Origin: Salmonella bongori NCTC 12419
GTDB lineage: Bacteria; Pseudomonadota; Gammaproteobacteria; Enterobacterales; Enterobacteriaceae
Direction of reading: 5' to 3'
Length of the DNA: 32,000 nucleotides
Assembly (NCBI RefSeq): GCF_000252995.1
Contig: NC_015761.1
Coordinates: 3,809,884-3,841,883 of the forward strand
In this document: piece by piece, positions 21,202 to 30,896 of the stretch
How the letters are laid out: every line of letters begins with the position of its first letter
Position numbering within the stretch: the first letter of the stretch is position 1
Notes under the pieces: generated by a model
Databases searched by the model: none
What the model was told of the DNA's origin: nothing
The model's input: only the letters and a program-made list of their open reading frames with translations
Program-made: the position numbers and the translations under genes

Positions 21202-21232
21202 CTAACATCCTTATAGAGAGGATGTTAGTTTT
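21202..21232. other. perfect 10-bp inverted repeat in the hemC-cyaA divergent region (hemC leader)
   Basis: CTAACATCCT (21202-21211), a 7-nt loop, AGGATGTTAG (21219-21228), then TTTT on the + strand. It lies 34 nt upstream of the hemC ATG in the minus-strand sense. Confidence 0.5.
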
Positions 21233-21363
21233 CCGGTCACCGTGAGTGAGAGGATAAGGCGCTGTGTCGTCAATGGCAGTGAATAATGACGAGACACCGC
21301 CAACTCGTATTTAGGAATTTACACGCAGCGAACGGTGCTACACTTGTATGTAGCGCATCTTTC

Positions 21364-21391
21364 TTTACGGTCAATGAGCAAGGTGTTAAAT
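21364..21391 (+). promoter_or_regulatory. putative cyaA major (P2-like) sigma70 promoter
   Basis: TTTACG (21364-21369), a 16-bp spacer, then TTAAAT (21386-21391). This would give a leader of about 145 nt to the TTG start. Confidence 0.45.
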
Positions 21392-21399
21392 TGATCACG
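21384..21399. promoter_or_regulatory. cAMP-CRP binding site overlapping the cyaA promoter
   Basis: TGTTA-AATTGA-TCACG compares with the consensus TGTGA-N6-TCACA. Its position over the -10/+1 region fits the known CRP repression of cya. Confidence 0.6.
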
Positions 21400-21544
21400 T
21401 TTTAGACCATTTTTTCGTCGGTATTAGATAAAAATATGCAGACGAAAAAGGGCAACGGTTATTTTTGACATACGGTTTATCCCGAATGGCGACGGCGAGA
21501 TACTGACCTGGACCATGACGGGTAGCAACATCAGGCGATACGTC

Positions 21545-24091
21545 TTGTACCTCTATATTGAGACTCTGAAACAGAGACTGGATGCCATCAATCAACTGCG
21601 CGTGGATCGCGCGCTTGCTGCCATGGGGCCCGCTTTTCAGCAGGTTTACAGTCTTCTGCCGACATTATTGCATTATCACCATCCACTGATGCCGGGTTAC
21701 CTTGATGGTAACGTTCCCAGCGGTATTTGTTTCTACACGCCTGATGAAACCCAACGCCATTATCTGAACGAACTTGAGCTGTACCGTGGTATGACGCCGC
21801 AGGCTCCGCCGAAAGGTGAACTGCCGATTACCGGCGTTTATACGATGGGTAGCACCTCTTCTGTCGGGCAGAGCTGCTCGTCCGATCTGGATATTTGGGT
21901 GTGTCACCAGTCCTGGCTCGACGGCGAAGAGCGTCAGTTGCTGCAGCGTAAGTGTAGCCTGCTGGAAAGCTGGGCCGCCTCGCTTGGCGTTGAGGTCAGT
22001 TTCTTCCTGATCGACGAAAACCGTTTCCGTCATAACGAAAGTGGCAGCCTGGGCGGCGAAGATTGCGGTTCTACGCAGCACATCTTGTTGCTTGATGAGT
22101 TTTATCGTACCGCGGTGCGCCTGGCCGGAAAACGTATCCTGTGGAGTATGGTGCCATGTGACGAAGAAGAGCATTATGACGACTATGTTATGACGCTCTA
22201 CGCCCAGGGCGTGTTAACGCCAAACGAATGGCTGGATCTGGGGGGCTTAAGTTCACTCTCCGCTGAAGAGTACTTTGGCGCCAGTCTGTGGCAGTTGTAC
22301 AAAAGCATCGACTCTCCGTACAAAGCAGTGCTGAAAACGCTGCTACTGGAAGCCTACTCATGGGAATACCCCAATCCACGCCTGCTGGCGAAAGATATAA
22401 AACAGCGCCTGCATGACGGCGAAATTGTCTCGTTTGGTCTCGATCCTTACTGCATGATGCTGGAACGGGTCACTGAATACCTGACGGCTATTGAAGATCC
22501 GACGCGGCTGGATTTAGTCCGCCGCTGTTTCTACCTGAAAGTGTGCGAGAAGTTAAGCCGCGAGCGCGCCTGCGTAGGCTGGCGCCGGGAAGTATTAAGC
22601 CAGTTAGTCAGCGAGTGGGGATGGGACGATGCGCGTCTGGCCATGCTTGATAATCGCGCGAACTGGAAAATCGATCGGGTGCGTGAAGCTCACAACGAAT
22701 TGCTCGACGCAATGATGCAGAGCTATCGCAATCTGATACGCTTCGCGCGGCGCAACAACCTCAGCGTGAGCGCCAGCCCGCAGGATATCGGCGTACTGAC
22801 GCGTAAGCTGTACGCCGCTTTTGAAGCGTTGCCGGGTAAAGTCACGCTGGTGAACCCGCAGATATCGCCGGATCTCTCTGAGCCGAATTTAACGTTTATC
22901 CATGTGCCGCCGGGGCGCGCCAATCGTTCAGGCTGGTATCTTTATAACCGTGCGCCGAACATGGACTCTATCATCAGCCATCAGCCGCTGGAATATAACC
23001 GTTATCTTAATAAGCTGGTGGCCTGGGCGTGGTTCAACGGCCTGCTGACGTCACGGACGCACCTGTTTATTAAGGGCAACGGGATTGTCGACTTGCCTAA
23101 GCTGCAGGAGATGGTGGCCGATGTTTCGCACCATTTCCCGCTGCGTTTGCCAGCGCCAACGCCAAAAGCGCTCTACAGCCCCTGTGAAATTCGTCATTTG
23201 GCGATTATCGTTAACCTCGAATATGACCCGACGGCGGCGTTTCGCAATAAAGTGGTGCATTTTGACTTCCGTAAGCTGGATGTTTTCAGCTTTGGCGAAG
23301 AGCAAAACTGTCTGGTAGGCAGTATCGACTTGCTGTATCGCAACTCATGGAATGAAGTGCGTACTTTGCACTTTAACGGCGAGCAGGCGATGATTGAGGC
23401 GTTGAAAACGATTTTGGGGAAAATGCACCAGGATGCCGCGCCGCCGGATAGCGTGGAGGTGTTCTGCTACAGCCAGCATCTTCGCGGCCTGATTCGCACC
23501 CGCGTGCAGCAACTGGTCTCCGAATGTATCGAGCTACGTCTTTCCAGCACCCGCCAGGAGACCGGTCGCTTTAAGGCGCTGCGTGTTTCCGGGCAGACGT
23601 GGGGGCTTTTCTTCGAACGCCTGAACGTCTCGGTACAGAAACTGGAAAACGCCATCGAATTCTACGGCGCTATTTCGCATAACAAACTACACGGCCTGTC
23701 GGTACAGGTCGAAACTAATCATGTGAAATTGCCGTCAGTGGTGGATGGCTTCGCCAGCGAAGGGATTATTCAGTTCTTTTTTGAAGAAACGGGCGATGCG
23801 AAAGGCTTTAATATTTATATACTGGACGAAAGTAACCGGGCGGAAGTATATCATCATTGCGAAGGTAGCAAGGAAGAACTGGTGCGCGACGTCAGCCGCT
23901 TCTATTCATCATCGCACGATCGCTTCACGTATGGCTCCAGCTTTATCAACTTTAACCTGCCGCAGTTCTACCAGATAGTGAAAACCGAGGGACGTGCGCA
24001 GGTCATTCCATTCCGTACGCAGCCCCTTAACGCGGCACCACCAGCTAACCAGGACCATGACGCACCGCTATTACAGCAGTATTTCTTATAG
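21545..24091 (+). CDS. cyaA: class I adenylate cyclase (848 aa)
   Basis: The TTG start at 21545 gives (M)[45 protein letters not shown]..., the recalled CyaA N-terminus and length. The track ATG at 21515 would add 10 non-conserved residues. Confidence 0.93.
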   Translation: MYLYIETLKQRLDAINQLRVDRALAAMGPAFQQVYSLLPTLLHYHHPLMPGYLDGNVPSGICFYTPDETQRHYLNELELYRGMTPQAPPKGELPITGVYTMGSTSSVGQSCSSDLDIWVCHQSWLDGEERQLLQRKCSLLESWAASLGVEVSFFLIDENRFRHNESGSLGGEDCGSTQHILLLDEFYRTAVRLAGKRILWSMVPCDEEEHYDDYVMTLYAQGVLTPNEWLDLGGLSSLSAEEYFGASLWQLYKSIDSPYKAVLKTLLLEAYSWEYPNPRLLAKDIKQRLHDGEIVSFGLDPYCMMLERVTEYLTAIEDPTRLDLVRRCFYLKVCEKLSRERACVGWRREVLSQLVSEWGWDDARLAMLDNRANWKIDRVREAHNELLDAMMQSYRNLIRFARRNNLSVSASPQDIGVLTRKLYAAFEALPGKVTLVNPQISPDLSEPNLTFIHVPPGRANRSGWYLYNRAPNMDSIISHQPLEYNRYLNKLVAWAWFNGLLTSRTHLFIKGNGIVDLPKLQEMVADVSHHFPLRLPAPTPKALYSPCEIRHLAIIVNLEYDPTAAFRNKVVHFDFRKLDVFSFGEEQNCLVGSIDLLYRNSWNEVRTLHFNGEQAMIEALKTILGKMHQDAAPPDSVEVFCYSQHLRGLIRTRVQQLVSECIELRLSSTRQETGRFKALRVSGQTWGLFFERLNVSVQKLENAIEFYGAISHNKLHGLSVQVETNHVKLPSVVDGFASEGIIQFFFEETGDAKGFNIYILDESNRAEVYHHCEGSKEELVRDVSRFYSSSHDRFTYGSSFINFNLPQFYQIVKTEGRAQVIPFRTQPLNAAPPANQDHDAPLLQQYFL

Positions 24092-24094
24092 TTA

Positions 24095-24207
24095 GCGCCG
24101 GATAATCGTTGTGCCCGGCATCACGCGTATTGTGCCGGATGGCGACGCAGGCGCGTCTTATCCGGCCTGTGGTTGGCTCCAGGCCCCGTAAGCGCTGATC
24201 ACCGGGT
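24095..24207. repeat. REP/BIME cluster between convergent cyaA and cyaY
   Basis: Contains the canonical REP GTGCCGGATGGCGACGCAGGCGCGTCTTATCCGGCCTGTGG, plus flanking degenerate copies (GCGCCGGATAATCG..GCCCGGCA; GGCCCCGTAAGCGCTGATCACCGGGT). Confidence 0.75.
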
Positions 24208-24217
24208 AATAAAACAC

Positions 24218-24538
24218 TTAGCGGAAGCTTACCGTCTCGCCCGCCTGCTGCGTTGCCGCCTGCTCCAGGAGATGCCAGAAGGTGGCGCCGCTGCGATCGC
24301 AAACCCACTCGTCGCCTTTCAAATCAAAATGATAGCCGCCCTGTTTGGTTGCCAGCCACACCTGATGCAGCGGTTCCTGACGATTAATAATGATCTTACT
24401 GCCGTTCTCAAAGCTGAGGGTCAGCACGCCGCCGTTAATTTCGCAGTCGATATCGCTATCGCCGTCCCAGTTATCAAGGCGCTCTTCAATGGTTAGCCAC
24501 AGAGCGTCAGCCAGGCGATGAAATTCACTGTCATTCAT
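24218..24538 (-). CDS. cyaY: iron-sulfur cluster assembly protein CyaY, frataxin homologue (106 aa)
   Basis: [63 protein letters not shown]... matches the recalled CyaY. Confidence 0.95.
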   Translation of the reverse strand: MNDSEFHRLADALWLTIEERLDNWDGDSDIDCEINGGVLTLSFENGSKIIINRQEPLHQVWLATKQGGYHFDLKGDEWVCDRSGATFWHLLEQAATQQAGETVSFR

Positions 24539-24676
24539 TGTCGTTTCCCGTTTTTTCGTGATGGCGGCAGTATAACCTGGAACAAAAGGCGTTGCAGTTT
24601 ACCGCCAAACTCTTGCTTTTACGCCTTCTCCTGCGATGATAGAAAACAGAAAGCATGAACTTACAGGCAATCCATA

Positions 24677-24880
24677 ATGAAAAACGTGTTTAAGGCATTC
24701 GCTGTACTTCTGACTCTGTTCAGCCTGACGGGCTGCGGTTTGAAAGGGCCGCTCTATTTCCCGCCCGCTGATAAAAATGCGCCGCCGCCGACGAAAAAAG
24801 TCGATTCACCAACGCAGTCCACGATGCCCGATAAGAACGATCGCGCAACGGGAGAGGGGCCATCCCAGGTCAATTACTGA
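24677..24880 (+). CDS. yifL: small lipoprotein YifL/LptM (67 aa)
   Basis: Signal peptide with lipobox LTGC (MKNVFKAFAVLLTLFSLTGC) and a proline-rich mature part. Position upstream of dapF is conserved. Confidence 0.88.
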   Translation: MKNVFKAFAVLLTLFSLTGCGLKGPLYFPPADKNAPPPTKKVDSPTQSTMPDKNDRATGEGPSQVNY

Positions 24881-24917
24881 GGATAATTTTCTGTCCCCCG
24901 CGTGAACGGAGTGAATA

Positions 24918-25742
24918 ATGCAATTCTCTAAAATGCATGGCCTTGGCAACGACTTTATGGTCGTCGACGCGGTAACGCAGAATGTCTTTTTTTCGCCGGA
25001 GCTGATTCGCCGGCTGTCCGACAGACACCTGGGCGTAGGGTTCGATCAACTATTGGTGGTTGAGCCGCCCTATGACCCTGAACTGGACTTTCATTACCGG
25101 ATCTTCAACGCCGACGGCAGCGAAGTCTCGCAGTGTGGCAACGGCGCACGCTGTTTCGCACGATTCGTTCGTCTGAAAGGGCTAACTAATAAACGTGATA
25201 TTCGGGTCAGTACCGCGAATGGCCGGATGGTGCTGAGCGTCACAGAAGATGAGCTGGTGCGGGTGAACATGGGAGAGCCAAACTTTGAACCCGCACAGGT
25301 CCCTTTTCGCGCCAACAAAGCGGAAAAAACGTATATTATGCGAGCGGCGGAACAGACCATACTGTGTGGCGTGGTTTCTATGGGCAATCCGCACTGTGTG
25401 ATTCAGGTTGATAACGTCGACACAGCGGCTGTTGACACGCTGGGACCGGTTCTGGAAAGCCATGAACGTTTTCCGGAACGCGCCAATATCGGTTTTATGC
25501 AGGTCGTAAGACGCGAGCATATCCGCCTGCGTGTTTATGAACGCGGCGCAGGAGAAACCCGCGCGTGCGGCAGCGGTGCGTGCGCCGCCGTCGCGGTGGG
25601 AATTCAGCAGGGACTCCTGGCTGAAGACGTACGCGTGGAATTACCGGGCGGTCGACTGGATATCGCCTGGAAAGGTCCGGGTCATCCGTTATACATGACT
25701 GGCCCGGCGGCACATGTCTACGACGGATTTATCCATTTATGA
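24918..25742 (+). CDS. dapF: diaminopimelate epimerase (274 aa)
   Basis: [17 protein letters not shown]. The catalytic Cys motifs SQCGNGARC and ACGSGACA are present. Confidence 0.96.
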   Translation: MQFSKMHGLGNDFMVVDAVTQNVFFSPELIRRLSDRHLGVGFDQLLVVEPPYDPELDFHYRIFNADGSEVSQCGNGARCFARFVRLKGLTNKRDIRVSTANGRMVLSVTEDELVRVNMGEPNFEPAQVPFRANKAEKTYIMRAAEQTILCGVVSMGNPHCVIQVDNVDTAAVDTLGPVLESHERFPERANIGFMQVVRREHIRLRVYERGAGETRACGSGACAAVAVGIQQGLLAEDVRVELPGGRLDIAWKGPGHPLYMTGPAAHVYDGFIHL

Positions 25743-26446
25743 AGCAACCAGAGGAAGAACTACAGGAAACGCTCACAGAACTGGACGACCGGGCGGTTGT
25801 TGATTATCTGCTGCGCCACCCTGAGTTTTTTATCCGTAATGCCCATGCTGTGGAGGCGATGCGCGTTCCGCATCCCGTTCGGGGAACGGTTTCGCTCGTG
25901 GAGTGGCATATGGCTCGCGCGCGTAACTACATCAATGCGCTTGAAGAAAATATGACGCTGCTGATGGAACAGGCTCATGCCAACGAACACCTGTTCTATC
26001 GCCTGCTGCATCTACAAAGCCGTCTGGCCGCCGCGGAGAGTCTGGATGAGATGCTGATACGGTTTCACCGCTGGGCGCGCGAGTTGGGGCTTGCCGGCGC
26101 AACGATCCGTTTGTTCCCGGATCGCTGGCGACTTGGCGCGCCATCGCGCTATACGCATCTGGCCTTAAACCGTCAAACTTTCGAGCCGCTACGTATCCAG
26201 CGCCTGGGGCAGTCGCAGCACTATCTTGGTCCGCTAAACGGACCGGAACTGCTGGTGGTCCTGCCGGAGGCGAAAGCAATTGGTTCGGTTGCGATGTCAA
26301 TGCTGGGCCGTGACGGCGATCTAGGCGTTGTGCTTTTCAGCAGTCGCGACGCCCATCATTATCAGCCGGGACAGGGGACACAGCTTCTGCAGGAGATCGC
26401 GCTGATGTTGCCGGAACTGCTGGAACGCTGGATTGAACGCGTATGA
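25739..26446 (+). CDS. yigA: DUF484-family protein YigA (235 aa)
   Basis: Conserved position between dapF and xerC with ATGA overlaps. The sequence matches the recalled YigA. Confidence 0.88.
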   Translation: MKQPEEELQETLTELDDRAVVDYLLRHPEFFIRNAHAVEAMRVPHPVRGTVSLVEWHMARARNYINALEENMTLLMEQAHANEHLFYRLLHLQSRLAAAESLDEMLIRFHRWARELGLAGATIRLFPDRWRLGAPSRYTHLALNRQTFEPLRIQRLGQSQHYLGPLNGPELLVVLPEAKAIGSVAMSMLGRDGDLGVVLFSSRDAHHYQPGQGTQLLQEIALMLPELLERWIERV

Positions 26447-27345
26447 CGGATGCCGCACTTTCTCAGGATGTCTCACGGTTTCTGCGCTATTTAGGCGTGG
26501 AGCGCCAGCTTAGCCCGATTACTCTGCTGAATTATCAGCGTCAGCTTGATGCCATTATTGCTTTAGCCGGAGAAACGGGTCTGAAAAGCTGGCAACAATG
26601 TGATGCTGCGATGGTACGCAGTTTTGCGGTGCGCAGCCGGCGCAAAGGACTGGGTCCCGCCAGCCTGGCGCTAAGTCTCTCGGCATTGCGTAGCTTTTTT
26701 GACTGGTTGGTCAGCCAGGGCGAGTTGAAAGCCAACCCGGCGAAGGGCGTCTCCGCGCCGAAAGCGCCGCGTCACCTGCCGAAAAATATCGATGTCGATG
26801 ACGTTAACCGCCTGTTGGATATTGACCTCAACGATCCGCTCGCCGTACGCGACCGGGCGATGCTGGAGGTCATGTACGGCGCGGGGCTGCGTTTATCTGA
26901 ACTGGTTGGTCTGGATATAAAGCACCTTGATCTTGATACCGGCGAAGTGTGGGTAATGGGAAAAGGCAGCAAAGAGCGACGCCTGCCGATTGGCCGTAAC
27001 GCGGTGGCATGGATTGAGCACTGGCTGGATCTGCGCGGCCTGTTCGCCAGCGATGAAGAAGCATTATTCCTGTCGAAGCTCGGCAAGCGTATCTCCGCGC
27101 GCAATGTCCAAAAACGGTTTGCTGAATGGGGCATAAAGCAGGGGCTGAACAGCCACGTGCATCCGCATAAGCTGCGCCACTCGTTCGCGACCCATATGCT
27201 GGAGTCGAGTGGCGATCTGCGCGGTGTGCAAGAGCTGTTAGGCCATGCCAACCTTTCCACCACCCAAATTTATACTCATCTTGATTTTCAACACCTTGCT
27301 TCAGTGTACGACGCGGCGCATCCGCGCGCTAAACGGGGGAAATAA
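26443..27345 (+). CDS. xerC: tyrosine site-specific recombinase XerC (300 aa)
   Basis: The C-terminal catalytic region [12 protein letters not shown]...[14 protein letters not shown] carries the R-H-R-Y signature. The N-terminal SAM-like domain reads [15 protein letters not shown]. Confidence 0.95.
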   Translation: MTDAALSQDVSRFLRYLGVERQLSPITLLNYQRQLDAIIALAGETGLKSWQQCDAAMVRSFAVRSRRKGLGPASLALSLSALRSFFDWLVSQGELKANPAKGVSAPKAPRHLPKNIDVDDVNRLLDIDLNDPLAVRDRAMLEVMYGAGLRLSELVGLDIKHLDLDTGEVWVMGKGSKERRLPIGRNAVAWIEHWLDLRGLFASDEEALFLSKLGKRISARNVQKRFAEWGIKQGLNSHVHPHKLRHSFATHMLESSGDLRGVQELLGHANLSTTQIYTHLDFQHLASVYDAAHPRAKRGK

Positions 27346-28061
27346 TGCGTTTTTACCGGCCTTTGGGGCGTATCGCCGCGCTCACCTTTGACCTGGATGA
27401 TACCCTTTATGATAACCGTCCAGTGATTTTGCGTACTGAGCAGGAAGCGCTCGCGTTTATGCAAAATTATCACCCGTCGCTACGGTCGTTTCAAAACGTC
27501 GACTTACAGCGGATACGGCAGGTGGTGCGCGAAGCGGAGCCGGAAATTTATCATGATGTGACCCGGTGGCGTCATCGCGCGATAGAGCGGGCCATGCTGG
27601 ATGCGGGACTATCGGCGCAGGAGGCTATTGCCGGCGCGAATGCGGCGATGATGCACTTTGCCAAATGGCGCAGTCAGATTGAGGTTCCGCAGGCGACCCA
27701 TGAGACGTTACAGCGGCTTGCGGAAAAATGGCCGCTAGTGGCTATCACTAACGGTAACGCCCAGCCGGAACTGTTTGGCCTCGGCGATTACTTTAAGTTT
27801 GTCCTGCGCGCAGGTCCGGATGGCCGCTCTAAGCCGTTCAGCGACATGTACTTCCTGGCGGCGGAAAAATTAAACGTGCCGATTGGCGAGATCCTGCATG
27901 TCGGCGACGATCTGACCACCGATGTGGCTGGCGCTATTCGTTGTGGAATGCAGGCCTGCTGGATTAAACCCGAAAATGCCGACCTGATGCAGACGCCGGA
28001 CAGCCGTTTACTGCCTCATATGGAAATTTCGCGGTTGGCATCTCTCACCTCGCTGATATAA
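27345..28061 (+). CDS. yigB: HAD-superfamily phosphatase YigB (238 aa)
   Basis: HAD motif [10 protein letters not shown] and motif [11 protein letters not shown]. Position after xerC is conserved. Confidence 0.9.
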   Translation: MRFYRPLGRIAALTFDLDDTLYDNRPVILRTEQEALAFMQNYHPSLRSFQNVDLQRIRQVVREAEPEIYHDVTRWRHRAIERAMLDAGLSAQEAIAGANAAMMHFAKWRSQIEVPQATHETLQRLAEKWPLVAITNGNAQPELFGLGDYFKFVLRAGPDGRSKPFSDMYFLAAEKLNVPIGEILHVGDDLTTDVAGAIRCGMQACWIKPENADLMQTPDSRLLPHMEISRLASLTSLI

Positions 28062-28062
28062 T
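28035..28062 (+). promoter_or_regulatory. putative uvrD sigma70 promoter (inside the yigB 3' end)
   Basis: TTGGCA (28035-28040), a 16-bp spacer, then TATAAT (28057-28062). Confidence 0.6.
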
Positions 28063-28073
28063 CACCAGAAGTT

Positions 28074-28089
28074 CTGTATAAATTCCCAG
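28074..28089. promoter_or_regulatory. LexA (SOS) box of uvrD
   Basis: CTGTATAAATTCCCAG fits CTG-N10-CAG with a TA-rich left half. It lies just downstream of the -10, as recalled for E. coli uvrD. Confidence 0.7.
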
Positions 28090-28096
28090 GCATTCT

Positions 28097-28169
28097 GGCG
28101 GATGGCGTCATGCTTATCCGCCCTACGATAACGTAGGCCCGGTAAGCGAAGCGCCACCGGGCGTTTTTT
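28097..28169 (+). terminator. two tandem REP palindromes in the uvrD leader, the second ending in a T6 run (attenuator-like)
   Basis: The first palindrome pairs GGCGGAT (28097-28103) with ATCCGCC (28116-28122). The second pairs GCCCGGT (28137-28143) with ACCGGGC (28156-28162), followed by G and TTTTTT (28164-28169). The uvrD ATG is 31 nt further on. Confidence 0.55.
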
Positions 28170-28199
28170 AGTTTTCATGTTTTTTACGCGGCGGTGCCA

Positions 28200-30362
28200 A
28201 TGGACGTTTCTTACCTGCTCGACAGCCTTAATGATAAACAGCGCGAAGCGGTGGCCGCGCCACGTAGCAACATGCTGGTGCTGGCGGGCGCGGGAAGCGG
28301 GAAAACCCGTGTACTGGTGCACCGCATCGCCTGGCTACTGAGCGTAGAAAACAATTCGCCGTATTCCATCATGGCGGTGACCTTTACCAACAAAGCGGCG
28401 GCGGAAATGCGTCATCGTATTGGCCAGTTGATGGGCACCAGCCAGGGGGGGATGTGGGTAGGGACGTTCCACGGTCTGGCGCACCGTCTGCTGCGCGCGC
28501 ATCATATGGACGCTAATCTGCCGCAGGATTTCCAGATTCTCGACAGTGAAGATCAGATGCGTCTGCTTAAACGTCTGATTAAGGCGATGAATCTTGATGA
28601 GAAGCAGTGGCCGCCGCGTCAGGCGATGTGGTACATCAACAGTCAGAAAGACGAAGGACTACGCCCGCACCATATCCAAAGCTACGGCAATCCGGTGGAG
28701 CAGACCTGGCAGAAGGTGTATCAGGCCTATCAGGAAGCGTGCGATCGCGCTGGCCTGGTGGATTTCGCTGAGCTACTGCTGCGCGCTCATGAACTATGGC
28801 TGAACAAGCCGCATATCCTGCAGCACTATCGCGAGCGATTTACTAATATCCTGGTGGACGAATTCCAGGATACCAACAACATTCAGTACGCCTGGGTTCG
28901 TCTGCTGGCGGGCGATACCGGTAAAGTGATGATTGTCGGCGACGATGACCAGTCGATCTACGGCTGGCGTGGAGCGCAGGTAGAAAATATTCAGCGCTTC
29001 CTCAATGATTTTCCCGGCGCGCAGACTATCCGTCTGGAACAGAACTACCGTTCAACCAGCAACATTCTTAGCGCGGCGAACGCTCTGATTGAGAATAACA
29101 ACGGGCGCCTGGGTAAAAAGCTGTGGACCGATGGCGTTGACGGCGAGCCGATTTCGCTCTATTGCGCCTTTAACGAACTGGATGAAGCGCGCTTTGTGGT
29201 TAACCGCATCAAAACCTGGCAGGACAACGGCGGCGCGCTTGCGCAATGCGCCATCCTTTATCGTAGCAACGCCCAGTCGCGCGTACTGGAAGAGGCGTTG
29301 TTGCAGGCCAGTATGCCGTACCGTATTTATGGCGGTATGCGCTTCTTCGAGCGCCAGGAAATTAAAGATGCACTCTCTTATCTGCGTTTGATTGCCAACC
29401 GCAACGACGATGCGGCGTTTGAAAGGGTGGTGAATACCCCGACGCGTGGTATCGGCGATCGTACGCTTGATGTGGTGCGTCAGACCTCGAGTGACCGCCA
29501 GCTAACGTTGTGGCAGGCTTGCCGCGAACTGCTACAGGAGAAGGCGCTGGCTGGACGTGCAGCCAGCGCGCTACAACGCTTTATGGAGCTTGTCGACGCC
29601 CTGGCGCAAGAGACTGCTGACATGCCGCTGCATGTGCAGACCGACCGGGTGATCAAAGACTCTGGCCTGCGTACCATGTACGAGCAAGAGAAAGGTGAAA
29701 AAGGCCAGACCCGTATCGAAAACTTAGAGGAGCTGGTGACAGCAACGCGCCAGTTTAGCTACAACGAAGAAGATGAAGACCTGATGCCGTTACAGGCGTT
29801 TCTTTCCCATGCGGCGCTGGAGGCGGGCGAAGGACAGGCGGATACCTGGCAGGATGCGGTGCAGCTCATGACATTGCATTCGGCAAAAGGACTGGAGTTT
29901 CCGCAGGTCTTTATCGTTGGGATGGAAGAAGGGATGTTTCCCAGCCAGATGTCGCTGGATGAAGGGGGACGTCTGGAAGAGGAGCGTCGCCTGGCCTACG
30001 TCGGCGTTACGCGCGCCATGCAGAAGCTGACCTTAACCTATGCCGAAACCCGTCGTCTGTACGGCAAAGAGGTTTACCATCGCCCGTCGCGCTTTATCGG
30101 CGAGCTGCCGGAGGAGTGTGTGGAAGAGGTGCGTTTGCGCGCCACTGTCAGCCGCCCGGTGAGCCATCAGCGACTGGGAACGCCGCTGGCGGAAAACGAT
30201 ACGGGGTATAAGCTCGGGCAGCGGGTGCGTCACGCGAAGTTCGGCGAAGGGACTATTGTTAACCTGGAGGGCAGCGGTGAGCACAGTCGTCTGCAGGTCG
30301 CCTTCCAGGGGCAGGGCATCAAATGGTTAGTGGCCGCGTATGCGAAACTGGAAACGGTCTGA
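28200..30362 (+). CDS. uvrD: DNA helicase II UvrD (720 aa)
   Basis: ATG at 28200 gives MDVSYLLDSLNDKQREAVAAPRSNMLVLAGAGSGKTRVLVHRIAWL..., the recalled UvrD with Walker A GAGSGKT. The track GTG at 28194 adds 2 residues. Confidence 0.96.
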   Translation: MDVSYLLDSLNDKQREAVAAPRSNMLVLAGAGSGKTRVLVHRIAWLLSVENNSPYSIMAVTFTNKAAAEMRHRIGQLMGTSQGGMWVGTFHGLAHRLLRAHHMDANLPQDFQILDSEDQMRLLKRLIKAMNLDEKQWPPRQAMWYINSQKDEGLRPHHIQSYGNPVEQTWQKVYQAYQEACDRAGLVDFAELLLRAHELWLNKPHILQHYRERFTNILVDEFQDTNNIQYAWVRLLAGDTGKVMIVGDDDQSIYGWRGAQVENIQRFLNDFPGAQTIRLEQNYRSTSNILSAANALIENNNGRLGKKLWTDGVDGEPISLYCAFNELDEARFVVNRIKTWQDNGGALAQCAILYRSNAQSRVLEEALLQASMPYRIYGGMRFFERQEIKDALSYLRLIANRNDDAAFERVVNTPTRGIGDRTLDVVRQTSSDRQLTLWQACRELLQEKALAGRAASALQRFMELVDALAQETADMPLHVQTDRVIKDSGLRTMYEQEKGEKGQTRIENLEELVTATRQFSYNEEDEDLMPLQAFLSHAALEAGEGQADTWQDAVQLMTLHSAKGLEFPQVFIVGMEEGMFPSQMSLDEGGRLEEERRLAYVGVTRAMQKLTLTYAETRRLYGKEVYHRPSRFIGELPEECVEEVRLRATVSRPVSHQRLGTPLAENDTGYKLGQRVRHAKFGEGTIVNLEGSGEHSRLQVAFQGQGIKWLVAAYAKLETV

Positions 30363-30376
30363 TCGAATCACATATT

Positions 30377-30510
30377 GCCGGGTGGCGATGCTGGTGCGTG
30401 TTAGCCGGCCTACGAGTTGGTTAACATTTTGATTCATAGGCCGGATAAGGCGTTTACGCCGCCATCCGACGTGAATGATTACCTGATGGTGCTGCGCTTA
30501 TCAGGCCGAC
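30377..30510. repeat. BIME: three REP units downstream of uvrD
   Basis: The three units are TGCCGGGTGGCGATGCTGGTGCGTGTTAGCCGGCCTAC (30377-30414), TAGGCCGGATAAGGCGTTTACGCCGCCATCCGAC (30438-30471) and CCTGATGGTGCTGCGCTTATCAGGCCGAC (30482-30510). Confidence 0.8.
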
Positions 30511-30624
30511 AGTTTTGTACCTGTAATCTCTCACTTAATAGTCTGAAATCATAGATAAATCCCTTCTCTCTGCTAACCTTTCTGCATAAGGGGAAATTAT
30601 TGCTTTTTCGCGTTTCGTTGCGTG

Positions 30625-30653
30625 TTGACGGCAAATTTTTGCTGGCGTAACAT
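30625..30653 (+). promoter_or_regulatory. putative corA sigma70 promoter
   Basis: TTGACG (30625-30630), a 17-bp spacer, then TAACAT (30648-30653). It predicts a 5' leader of about 235-240 nt. Confidence 0.55.
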
Positions 30654-30685
30654 GCGCGCAAGATTACGCTAAGAGGACATTCGCC

Positions 30686-30742
30686 TTGGACACACCCAGT
30701 AGATACTGGCTCATTATCCTGTCATCCAGGATCAACTCCTAA
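30686..30742 (+). CDS. candidate 18-codon leader ORF in the corA 5' leader (TTG start)
   Basis: AAGAGGA (30671-30677) lies 8 nt before the TTG at 30686. The ORF encodes (M)DTPSRYWLIILSSRINS*. Its TAA (30740-30742) lies inside the 5' arm of a 10-bp hairpin. A short leader ORF (corL) has been reported for Salmonella corA, but I cannot confirm the sequence is the same. Confidence 0.35.
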   Translation: MDTPSRYWLIILSSRINS

Positions 30743-30770
30743 GGCTATCCCTTTTTGCTGATAGCCTTAG
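30739..30770 (+). other. stem-loop in the corA leader
   Basis: CTAAGGCTAT (30739-30748) pairs perfectly with ATAGCCTTAG (30761-30770) around a 12-nt pyrimidine-rich loop, CCCTTTTTGCTG. Confidence 0.55.
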
Positions 30771-30896
30771 CGGTTGTCAGCGACCTTTCATTTTTCCCGT
30801 CGCGTTGAGTCAGGCTGTTTAATGGTCTGAAACCCAATTTGTTTCTGTGTGCCCATCTGAACTGTCCGATATTTTTACGCATTGGGAGTCCCGGTC

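Noticed and set aside
24095-24207. Clusters of repeated palindromes (24095-24207, 28097-28162, 30377-30510) considered as possible CRISPR-like or mobile-element ends.
   Set aside because: The units are imperfect REP palindromes in mixed orientation. They lack regular spacers and have no adjacent cas or transposase genes, so they are standard BIME/REP elements.
30479-30661. A 60-aa minus-strand ORF between uvrD and corA.
   Set aside because: It runs through a REP unit and the predicted corA promoter. Composition is poor and no SD is visible.
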